The notes under the pieces: generated by a model
Seen by the model: the letters and a program-made list of their open reading frames with translations, nothing else
Database searches by the model: none
What the model was told of the DNA's origin: nothing
Translations under genes and position numbers: made by a program
NCBI GenBank assembly: GCA_039714075.1
Contig: JBDLKA010000046.1
Span: 1 to 25,537, forward strand
DNA length: 25,537 nt
Direction of reading: 5' to 3'
Source of the DNA: Candidatus Krumholzibacteriota bacterium
Lineage (GTDB): Bacteria; Krumholzibacteriota; Krumholzibacteriia; LZORAL124-64-63
In this document: piece by piece, positions 1 to 7,807 of the stretch
How positions within the stretch are numbered: the first letter of the stretch is position 1
Layout of the letters: every line of letters begins with the position of its first letter

Positions 1-294
1 GGCCAGCTTGCTGCGTGCCATGTCTATCAGGATATTACGCATTACCTTGGTATAAACGGCCAGGAAATGTCCGCGATTTTCCCAGGACAGGCGCGTGCGG
101 TCGGCCAGTTTGAGGTAGGCTTCGTGGACCAGTCCGTTGGTATGCAGGGTGATCATGTTGCCCTGAAAGCGCAGGTGACGTCGCGCGAGCAGGCGCAGAT
201 CGTCGTACATGAGGGACACCAGTGACTCGAAAGCTTCTCGTCGTCCTCCCTGGAGTTCGATCAGCAATCGTGTCACATCAGGTTGCGATTCCAA
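1..294 (-). CDS. ECF-type RNA polymerase sigma factor, TIGR02999-like (5' part; runs off the window start)
   Basis: Absent from the ORF track; translated by hand from TTG at 294, with a GGAGG RBS at 303-307: (M)ESQPDVTRLLIELQGGRREAFESLVSLMYDDLRLLARRHLRFQGNMITLHTNGLVHEAYLKLADRTRLSWENRGHFLAVYTKVMRNILIDMARSKLA. The VTxLL..Y.eLr.lA..TL...LVHEAYLKL...R.HF......MR.IL.D.AR pattern is characteristic of this family. Confidence 0.9.
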   Translation of the reverse strand, partial: MESQPDVTRLLIELQGGRREAFESLVSLMYDDLRLLARRHLRFQGNMITLHTNGLVHEAYLKLADRTRLSWENRGHFLAVYTKVMRNILIDMARSKLA

Positions 295-436
295 GGGTTG
301 GGCCTCCTGAACTCGAAAAATCAGATTGATTTTCTCCATTATATATGTTTTATTATCGGTTCGCCTGTTCGGATCCTGAAATTGAATTCGTTTTTGGCGG
401 ATAGATGGGTTGTGTGGGGATTGGGAGACCGACGAC

Positions 437-464
437 AGCGGGCGGCCCGGATGGGCCGCCCGCT
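437..464. terminator. GC-rich hairpin, possible intrinsic terminator
   Basis: AGCGGGCGGCCC-ggat-GGGCCGCCCGCT is a perfect 12-bp stem, followed on + by TGAATTTTTA. Confidence 0.55.
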
Positions 465-481
465 TGAATTTTTATGAGGTG

Positions 482-505
482 AAAGGTCCCCCGGGGGCCT
501 TTTTT
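482..505. terminator. Intrinsic terminator-like hairpin just downstream of the O-antigen ligase gene
   Basis: AAAGGTCCCCCGGGGGCCTTTTTT: a stem with T-tracts on both strands, lying 2 nt beyond the stop codon at 508. Confidence 0.6.
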
Positions 506-507
506 GG

Positions 508-2505
508 TTAATTTGGAGTTATGGATTCCAAGGCTCTGACAGCCGTCTCGCGGTGCTTGTTTAAACGAACAACCAGGGCAGCTGAATCAGGCCCCCTTCC
601 GGAATTTGTATCCCGAATCTTCCATTCGATGATCTCCAGCGCTTTTTGATAGTGAACCCGCGCCTGCCCGACATTCCCTTTCAAAGCCTCCTGATACCCC
701 AGGGCCAGCCAGGCGCGCTGGTTGTAGGGATCATCCTTGAGCAGAGCCTCGAACCGGCGACGCGAATTTTCCAGTTTCCCCTGCCGCAAATCGGCCAGGC
801 CGCGCAGATAGGCGGCCTGGAACAGGAAGGCCTGGTAGGGTTCGCATTGCTCGACGACGGTCAGCAACGCGTCGGCCTCGGTGAAGCGCTTCTGGTCGAG
901 CGAAAGTTCGGCCAGGGCCAGGTATCCCTCGAAGGTGGGTTTTTCGACCACGCCTTTTTCCAGCCAGGTGCGCGCCTCGGCGGGATTGCCGGCGGCCACA
1001 TTTGCCAGACCAAGGTACAGGGATCCCTCGTCGGGCCACTGCCGCCACGTGACACCTTTGGTCAGATGGACCAATGCCTGGTTCATCCGTCCGGCGGCAA
1101 AATACCGCTGACCGGTGGCGGTGGAAATATCTCCTGCGAATTCCCGTACCGCACCGAAGGCCAGAAGAAGTGCCAGGATGGCGGGCAGAAAGGCCAGGAC
1201 GCGTTTCGGTGTCCAGGTCGGATGGGGGTCGGTTCCTTCAGCAAACACGGGCGAGGCCGTCAATCCGGCGATCAAGGCGATCATCAAGGCCGTCGCCGGC
1301 AGATGGAACGGGAAGCTGACCATGGCGTGAAGGCCGGCCACCAACAGTCCTGCGGTCAGCAACAGGAATTGTGTTTTGGTATGACTTGTGGGCAACGTTG
1401 GCCACTTTCGCCGCCAAAAAACAACCGTGGTTCCGCAGAAAAAGACCAGCCACAGGCCACCCGCCAGACCGGTTTCTCCCAGGAACTGAAAAACTTCATT
1501 GTGTGCCTGGGCTGCCGGCGGTTCGTGTTTCGCCATACCGGTGACGGAGGAATCGGCGTGCAGGCGCGCCCGGGTTTCCGGCCACAGGGCCGCGTAGTTG
1601 CCGGCCCCCTGCCCGGTCCAGGGCCGGGAGCGGAACATTTCGCGGGCGACCAGCCAGTTCGTGCGCCGAACGGCGCCGTGATTGTCGAAAAACATTTTCC
1701 GGTGGATCGACACCGGCTCCACCGTTGACGGGGGCGGCCGCATGGCCTCGATAAACAGGAAGCCACCGACAAGGATCGCAAACAGCAGGGAAAGGCCCAG
1801 GACCCGGGGAACCAGCCGGCCAAGACCCCGGCGCGTCAGGACAAGGGACGGTCCCGCCAGGAAAACCGACCCGACGACCGCGGCCAACGGACCTGCGGCC
1901 CTGGCAAACAAGAGAGTGATGACCAGAACAACGGTGGCGGCCACTGCTGCGGCGCGGCGAAAAACGGAGGGTTGCGTCCAGAGAATGACCGAAGGCCACA
2001 GTAGCACCGCGGCCAGACCGCTCACGTAGTTCTGGTTGCCCAGGGTGCTGATGCCGGCCGGATAACCGGAGGACACGGGCGCCCCGGGCACCAACCCGGT
2101 GATCTGGGCCAATGTGTAGAGACAGACGGCAACCCCGGTGGTGACCGCGCAGGCGACCAGGGCGTGCAATCGGCTTGCTTCGGTGGTGGTGACGGCGACC
2201 TGCCGGACGACCGCCAGCCACAGGGCCGTCAGGCCCACCGTCCGCAGGACCAGGCCCGTGTGGTGGGCGCGTGTGGCGCTGATCGCGAGCACCGCCAGCA
2301 GGGTGATTCCCGCGGCTGCCAACAGCGTCGGCGGCCGCGGAACGGGCCGGCCCTTTGCCATCCGCCAGGCAAGACCACCCAGCCAGGCTGCTCCGGCCAG
2401 GGCCCAAAGAGTGAATTTTACGGCATCATAAGAAGTGCTGCCCGGCCAGAAGGCGACGGGCAGCACAAGGAGAAGAACGATCAATACGAGGCGGTCAAAC
2501 CTCAT
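508..2505 (-). CDS. O-antigen ligase (Wzy_C/WaaL/PglL-like) family membrane protein with C-terminal TPR repeats
   Basis: 665 aa with about 12-13 hydrophobic helices. Motifs: 'STLGNQNY', 'R..W..A..M....PWTGQGAGNY', 'AHNEVFQFLGETGLAG', 'HAMVSFPFH'. TPR-like helices occupy the last ~200 aa. The ATG overlaps the upstream stop (ATGA at 2502-2505). Confidence 0.85.
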   Translation of the reverse strand: MRFDRLVLIVLLLVLPVAFWPGSTSYDAVKFTLWALAGAAWLGGLAWRMAKGRPVPRPPTLLAAAGITLLAVLAISATRAHHTGLVLRTVGLTALWLAVVRQVAVTTTEASRLHALVACAVTTGVAVCLYTLAQITGLVPGAPVSSGYPAGISTLGNQNYVSGLAAVLLWPSVILWTQPSVFRRAAAVAATVVLVITLLFARAAGPLAAVVGSVFLAGPSLVLTRRGLGRLVPRVLGLSLLFAILVGGFLFIEAMRPPPSTVEPVSIHRKMFFDNHGAVRRTNWLVAREMFRSRPWTGQGAGNYAALWPETRARLHADSSVTGMAKHEPPAAQAHNEVFQFLGETGLAGGLWLVFFCGTTVVFWRRKWPTLPTSHTKTQFLLLTAGLLVAGLHAMVSFPFHLPATALMIALIAGLTASPVFAEGTDPHPTWTPKRVLAFLPAILALLLAFGAVREFAGDISTATGQRYFAAGRMNQALVHLTKGVTWRQWPDEGSLYLGLANVAAGNPAEARTWLEKGVVEKPTFEGYLALAELSLDQKRFTEADALLTVVEQCEPYQAFLFQAAYLRGLADLRQGKLENSRRRFEALLKDDPYNQRAWLALGYQEALKGNVGQARVHYQKALEIIEWKIRDTNSGRGPDSAALVVRLNKHRETAVRALESITPN

Positions 2506-5282
2506 CTAACAAGGCTCATCTTCGTCACCGAACCCATGCCTTGACCGTCCACGTAGAGCCTGGCGAAGTAGGACCCGCTGGGCGCGTTGCGTCCGTGCCG
2601 GTCACGGCCGTTCCAGACCACTTCCTGCCGGCCGGCCTGGTAGTGCTGGCCGCCCAGGATGCTGAACAGCTCACCCCTGACCGAGTAGATCCTGATTTCC
2701 GCGTCCGCGGCCCGGGGCAGATCGAAGTGGATCGTGGCCATCGGGTTGAAGGGGTTCGGATGCACCCCGACGGCGTAGTTCATGCCCTGCATATCCTCCA
2801 CGCCCGAGAGCATGTTCGGCGTGCGGATAACGATGGGCACCGGATCGTTCCCGACCTCGAGATGGATGCTGCGCTGTTCGCGCATGGACATCACGACCAC
2901 CCGGTTCTCCTCGGGCAGATAGACCTGATAGTCCATGCCCTCGGGCCAGTTCACGCTGTTCCAGCTGAGAACCACCTTGCCCGGCGCGTTCGTCGAAACG
3001 ACGGCTTTCCAGGTGAGGGGATCCTTGCCCTCGGGCCGGATGTCGCGGGTGAAATAGTCACCGGCGGCCAAGTCCCATTCCGGTCGGGCGAAGGCCAGGC
3101 GCGAACCCCCGTTGGGGCTGGACGGCGGCTGCGGCATGTCGAACCTGGGGTCGAATCCGGGTGTGGATTCGGGATGCACCCCGAAGACGATGGATTTCCG
3201 GACGCGATCGGCGTCCACCATGGTCAGCTCGGTTTCCCAGAGGAAGTCGGTGATGGGCAGCCCCGACTTCTGGGCCGCCAGCCTGGCGGGCAGGACCTGG
3301 AAGTTGGGCCAGTCGAACCAGAGCATGGCGCCGGTGACCAGCGAGTTGACCCAATACCCGTTCCAGGGACGCAGGTCGACGGCGTTGAAATAATCTCCGG
3401 TCTGGTTGTCATAGGAAAGCACGCCCGTGGAAACCAGACCCAGGTTGATGGCGTCCTGCCAGGGATAGGTCATACCGCCGTACTGCACATGAATGCCTTC
3501 GAAGGGGGCGGGGAACCACAGGGGGTTGCCGATCAGGTTCCAGCCTTCGGTCAGCGGGATGGCGGTCGGGTTCAAAACGCGGTCGCCCGTCATGGTCCAG
3601 TTGAACCCCGTGTCGGTGGCGATCCAATAACCCTGGCCGTAATTCGCGGGGTCGCTGCCGCCGCGGATCCCGTAACCGGAGGGACCCAGGTACTCGAAGG
3701 CGTAGACGTAACCCGGCGCCTGGTTCAGGATCACCTGGTCGAAGGTGTCCAGCCCGGGTGCGGGAAGCAGGGGCATGCCGATCATCGACCAGCCCGGATA
3801 CAGATACCTGTAGGTCGGGTCCAGGTCGGGTGCGGAAACAAGGCCGACGGTGAGTTCGAAATAGTGGGTAGTGGCCGCACCGGGAGTGAACACGTACGAC
3901 AGGTTCGGGAACAGGTCGAAACTCTGCCCGGTCTGCAGGTCCTTCAGCTGAAGGCCGAAGTTGTCCGCGTCGGTGAAGCTGGGGTCGAAGACCAGGGTCA
4001 CCGAGCCGGACTGGTCGGTCTCCACCATAAGGGGCCAGACCTTGGCGTCGGCCAGGGGGTCGTAGACTGCTCGCAGATCGTTCCGGAACCGGGGGCCCAA
4101 AGGCCAGTCGGGATGATTGTAGCTGGCGACAACGTAATTGGCGGGTGGCGGACCGGGCTCCGGAGTGTCGAAGGCCGAGTCGAAGCCGTCGGTGGCCGAA
4201 ACCAGGGTTCCGGCACGGTTGCCCTGGTCGAAGTAGCCGTTCACCGAAGCGCCCACATCCACGTAGAATTCCCCGGGGCCGGTGAAATCGTTCCCGATGA
4301 AGAGATCGAGCGAGCGAGTGGACGTCCCTTCGGGGATCCAGAACGAATAGGTGAGGGTGGTGTTGAGATCGGTGATGACTCCGGTGGTGTTGTCCCTCAG
4401 CCGGAAGTCGAAGGTCGCCGGAACGGCGAAGTTGGGACCGAAGTCCATGGAAACGGTTTCGCCTCCGGACTGGGAGGAACTGGCGGTGGCCGTAAAGGTC
4501 CACTGCTTCATTTCCAGGGTGGGATCGTAGGAGGCCATGACGTCCTGCTTGTAATAATCCCCGGCGGGATTGCCCCACTCCGGATGGGGGAAGGTCACGG
4601 TGCCGTCGGAGTCGAGCAGGTCGTAATCGACGTCGAAACCGTCGGTGGCGCCAGGGGAAGTCGCCGCCCGGTTGTCGGTGTCGCCCTTGAAGGCGATGTC
4701 GACGATCATGTCCAGCCCGGGAACCGAATCACAGTAGACCAGGGCCGGCCCGTTGATCCGGGCCACCGGAAGCAGGAAATCCCCGGAAATGGGATACATG
4801 GGAATCAGGGGCGGGCCCGAGCATTCCTGGTAGGCCAGATTGCCGGGGATGGAAGGCGCCCGGGTCAAGTTGATGAAAAAATCACCCTGACTTGCATCCA
4901 GTGAGATGAGGGTGAAGTCCACCAACAGGATCTGCCCGTCGACCGTGGGTTCACAGCCGGGAAAACCCACGATGAATTCGCTCGGGGGGTCACCGACATT
5001 GACGGATCCGGGAGGCAGGACGGAGCTGAGAATAAGGGTGTTGGGGGGAACAACCAGATTGAATTCGAAGGCGTTGATGCCGAAATCCCCCGATGGATTG
5101 AGCAACCTGACCTGCATGTTGTAGGGCGTCGCCACGGGGGGATTGAAGTTGATGTCCTCGTTGTCGAAGATAACGGCGACAAGGTCGGGGTCGGTACAGG
5201 CCAGCTGCGCACCGGCGGGGCCGGGGTTGAAAGCGGCCAGAACCAGACCGGCGAAAAGGACAAGGAACATTGTATTACGCAT
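2502..5282 (-). CDS. Large secreted multi-domain surface protein with C-terminal FlgD-Ig/T9SS type-A-like sorting domain
   Basis: Likely start is ATG 5282 (MRNTMFLVLFAGLVLAAFNPGPAGAQ, a signal peptide, with GGGGGA upstream), giving 926 aa. The C-terminus HPNPFNP..TI.F.L......I.IY.V.G.......WNGRD..G....SG.YF.RL.......KM.LVR is the typical FlgD_ig/secretion CTD. Internal ATDGFD-type and GW.(M/L)IG.P repeats are present. Confidence 0.85.
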   Translation of the reverse strand: MRNTMFLVLFAGLVLAAFNPGPAGAQLACTDPDLVAVIFDNEDINFNPPVATPYNMQVRLLNPSGDFGINAFEFNLVVPPNTLILSSVLPPGSVNVGDPPSEFIVGFPGCEPTVDGQILLVDFTLISLDASQGDFFINLTRAPSIPGNLAYQECSGPPLIPMYPISGDFLLPVARINGPALVYCDSVPGLDMIVDIAFKGDTDNRAATSPGATDGFDVDYDLLDSDGTVTFPHPEWGNPAGDYYKQDVMASYDPTLEMKQWTFTATASSSQSGGETVSMDFGPNFAVPATFDFRLRDNTTGVITDLNTTLTYSFWIPEGTSTRSLDLFIGNDFTGPGEFYVDVGASVNGYFDQGNRAGTLVSATDGFDSAFDTPEPGPPPANYVVASYNHPDWPLGPRFRNDLRAVYDPLADAKVWPLMVETDQSGSVTLVFDPSFTDADNFGLQLKDLQTGQSFDLFPNLSYVFTPGAATTHYFELTVGLVSAPDLDPTYRYLYPGWSMIGMPLLPAPGLDTFDQVILNQAPGYVYAFEYLGPSGYGIRGGSDPANYGQGYWIATDTGFNWTMTGDRVLNPTAIPLTEGWNLIGNPLWFPAPFEGIHVQYGGMTYPWQDAINLGLVSTGVLSYDNQTGDYFNAVDLRPWNGYWVNSLVTGAMLWFDWPNFQVLPARLAAQKSGLPITDFLWETELTMVDADRVRKSIVFGVHPESTPGFDPRFDMPQPPSSPNGGSRLAFARPEWDLAAGDYFTRDIRPEGKDPLTWKAVVSTNAPGKVVLSWNSVNWPEGMDYQVYLPEENRVVVMSMREQRSIHLEVGNDPVPIVIRTPNMLSGVEDMQGMNYAVGVHPNPFNPMATIHFDLPRAADAEIRIYSVRGELFSILGGQHYQAGRQEVVWNGRDRHGRNAPSGSYFARLYVDGQGMGSVTKMSLVR

Positions 5283-5351
5283 TATGATTCCCCCTGAAAA
5301 GTGCGGCTCGAAGCCGGTTTGATATTTATCGAATCTCCAGTATCCCACCGA

Positions 5352-5948
5352 TCAATGATACAGGCTCTTGACACCTCCCCAGGATGCGTTGACGGCATCC
5401 ACCTCGTCGGAGAGGCGAAGCTCCCAGAAGAAAACCAGGAATGGAGATGATACTGGAAATGAAAGGCTTCCTGGAAGGGTGATGTCGGGAAAATCGGCGC
5501 CGGGGCCGAAAAAATTGAGTTGGTAGGGCGCCAGGCCCGGCTGGGTTTCGGTGACGGTTATGGTGCAATTCCCGCCGACGGCGGCGGCGGCCAGGTCCAT
5601 CTGCCACATTTCGACCCGGTCGTTGAGCAGGTTCACGACGGGACGGAAATCGTGCAGCCACTGGTTGGGCAGGTCGGCCGGCGGATCGAACATGGCCAGG
5701 TAGGTGGCAAAGGGAGCATCGGGTACGGGCGGCGGCGTGGGGAGGTCATGGTGGTCCAGACCGCCCAGAGCGTCATCGCGCAAGCCGAAAACATGAGGGG
5801 CGGAAGTGACGCCGTCCAAGGTGACTTCGAATTGGAAGGTGAGTTCCTGTGCCATACCAACCCCTGCAACACACCAAATCAATAAAACCCAAATCGGGAA
5901 ACCCAATCGGGCATTCAGCGGAAATCGGCCTGGGAAGGAAACTCGCAT
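5352..5948 (-). CDS. Secreted hypothetical protein with C-terminal SWGGVKSLY motif
   Basis: 198 aa. Signal-peptide-like N-terminus (..WVLLIWCVAGVGMA|QE). It has one FG....A..GLD..D.P.PPP.P domain like those in the downstream gene and ends VDAVNASWGGVKSLYH. Confidence 0.8.
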   Translation of the reverse strand: MRVSFPGRFPLNARLGFPIWVLLIWCVAGVGMAQELTFQFEVTLDGVTSAPHVFGLRDDALGGLDHHDLPTPPPVPDAPFATYLAMFDPPADLPNQWLHDFRPVVNLLNDRVEMWQMDLAAAAVGGNCTITVTETQPGLAPYQLNFFGPGADFPDITLPGSLSFPVSSPFLVFFWELRLSDEVDAVNASWGGVKSLYH

Positions 5949-5995
5949 GGTGCAAAAGCTTTCAAGCCAAGAAGCATAAAATCATTATGCTCATA

Positions 5996-6024
5996 ATTGA
6001 ACTGGATTTGAGGAAAAATGTCAA
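5996..6024 (-). promoter_or_regulatory. Putative sigma70 promoter for the surface-protein operon
   Basis: Minus strand: perfect TTGACA (6024-6019), a 17-nt spacer, then TTCAAT (6001-5996), in an AT-rich gap ~50 nt upstream of ATG 5948. Confidence 0.5.
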
Positions 6025-6082
6025 TGGATGAATTTCCGTATCCCCATGGGCCGACAAGTATCACAACGGTCTCACGAGGCCG

Positions 6083-7765
6083 CTATTTGGGAATGAATTG
6101 GTGGAAATCGGCCACGAAATCCCGGATTTCGTCCCTGACGCGCCGGTAGGGGGCCAAAATCTCCTCTTCACTGCGCGCAGATTCGGCCAGCAGCGGCGGG
6201 TCTTCGAAGCCGTGGTGAACGACTTTGCCCCCTCCCGGGAAAACCGGACAGCTTTCGCGGGCGTTGTCGCAGACGGTGACCACGAAATCGAAGGGAATGT
6301 GCCGCAGGTCGTCGACCAACTGGGAACGATGGGCGGAAATGTCCACCCCGGCCTCGGCCATGACCTGGACGGCCCGCTGGTTGAGACCATGCGTTTCCAC
6401 CCCCGCGGACCAGGCCTCGACCGAATCGGCGAGCAGGGTTCGGGCCCAGCCTTCGGCCATCTGGCTGCGGCACGAATTTCCGGTGCACAGGAACAGGACC
6501 TTCAGCTTGGCCAGGCCGCGGCCGGCCAGGTAACCGGTCGTCCAGCAGGACTGGAAATTGAACCCGCCGGTCAGGCCGTCGATGTCCAGCAGTTCGCCGG
6601 CGAAGAAAAGACCGGGTTGCAGGCGGCTGGACATGGTCTTGAAATCGACCTGACGCAAGGGCACCCCGCCGCAGGTGACGAACTCTTCCTTGAAGGTGTC
6701 TTTTCCGGTTACTTCGAGCTCGGTCGCAACGACGGCCGCCACCAGGCGGGTGCGCCCGCCCCGGTCAAGATCGCCCCATCTGGTGGCCTCGTCTATTCCG
6801 GCGCGGGCGACCAGGGCTGCCCACAACCGGCGGGGAAGTTCCACCGGGCCTCCGGTGGAGACCTGCTGCTTGCCGTTCCGGCGGCTGAAGTCCTGCAGCG
6901 CGGAGTCCAGATCATTGGTGGAGAGGTGCGGACACCAGTTGACGGCGATTCCGAACCGGTAGGACAGGTCGTGAAGGTGCCGGGCGCCCCAGGCGGACAT
7001 CCGGAGAACCGCAGGGCCGCTCAGGCCGCGATGTGTCACCAGGACCGGGCCGGTTTGCCGCAAGGCCTTGCCGCCGCCGGTTTCGTCGGCGAGACGGATT
7101 CCCGCTTCCGGAACCGAAACGCCGGCCAGTCCGGCCAGCAGGGGATCGTCGATCCGCAAGGTGAAAAGCGAAGGGACCGGTTCGGCGATGGTGTGGCCCA
7201 ATTCCTGGGCGAGGGAATAGCCGTCGGCTGTTTTAGTGTCCCCGGGGGAGCTTTTCCCCGAAGTTCGCCCGCCGGTCGCCAGCAGGAGCTTGTCGCAGGT
7301 CAGGCTTTCGCCTCCGGCCAGCCGGACGGTGAAACCGGTGCCGGATGCCGCGGGGCCGACGCCCTCCACCATGCAGTTGGTCCGTATTTCCACGCCGGCT
7401 TCCCGGGCCGCCCGCGTCAGGCAGTCGACAATGGTTCCGGAGGAGTCGGTCACGGGAAACATGCGGCCGTCGGGTTCGGTCTTCAATTCCACGCCGCGCC
7501 CGGCAAACCAGGCCACCGTCTCGGCCGGACCCCATTTGGTGAAGGGGCCTATCAATTCCTTCCGCCCCCGCGGGTAGTGGCCGGCCAGATCCCGCGGCGC
7601 GAAGCAGGCGTGGGTCACATTGCAGCGCCCTCCGCCGCTGACTTTGACCTTGGCCAGCGCCGAGGCGTTTTTTTCCAGGAGGACCACCTTTTGGGAAGGG
7701 TTGGCCCGGCGCGCCGTGATGGCGCCGAAGAACCCTGCGGGGCCCCCGCCGATGACGATGATCAT
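6083..7765 (-). CDS. Fusion: HI0933/BaiN/YhiN-family NAD(P)/FAD-dependent flavoprotein plus thioredoxin-type arsenate reductase ArsC (LMW-PTP fold)
   Basis: aa 1-419 carry the HI0933 motifs IGGGPAG, KVKVSGGGRCNVT, GRMFPVTD, LLATGG, THRGLSGP, EFVTCGGV and GELLDIDGLTGGFNFQ. aa 420-560 carry VLFLCTGNSCRSQMAEG, VVTVCDNARESCPVFPG, FEDP and RRVRDEI (ArsC). There is no stop between the two parts. Confidence 0.9.
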   Translation of the reverse strand: MIIVIGGGPAGFFGAITARRANPSQKVVLLEKNASALAKVKVSGGGRCNVTHACFAPRDLAGHYPRGRKELIGPFTKWGPAETVAWFAGRGVELKTEPDGRMFPVTDSSGTIVDCLTRAAREAGVEIRTNCMVEGVGPAASGTGFTVRLAGGESLTCDKLLLATGGRTSGKSSPGDTKTADGYSLAQELGHTIAEPVPSLFTLRIDDPLLAGLAGVSVPEAGIRLADETGGGKALRQTGPVLVTHRGLSGPAVLRMSAWGARHLHDLSYRFGIAVNWCPHLSTNDLDSALQDFSRRNGKQQVSTGGPVELPRRLWAALVARAGIDEATRWGDLDRGGRTRLVAAVVATELEVTGKDTFKEEFVTCGGVPLRQVDFKTMSSRLQPGLFFAGELLDIDGLTGGFNFQSCWTTGYLAGRGLAKLKVLFLCTGNSCRSQMAEGWARTLLADSVEAWSAGVETHGLNQRAVQVMAEAGVDISAHRSQLVDDLRHIPFDFVVTVCDNARESCPVFPGGGKVVHHGFEDPPLLAESARSEEEILAPYRRVRDEIRDFVADFHQFIPK

Positions 7766-7807
7766 GCCGCTGCTTCAACCCCTTCCTGAACCCATCCGGT
7801 GGCCGGG

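Noticed and set aside
283..477. 64-aa + strand ORF in the first intergenic gap
   Set aside because: It has a TTG start with no RBS, overlaps the ECF gene start and runs through a hairpin. Its composition does not look coding.
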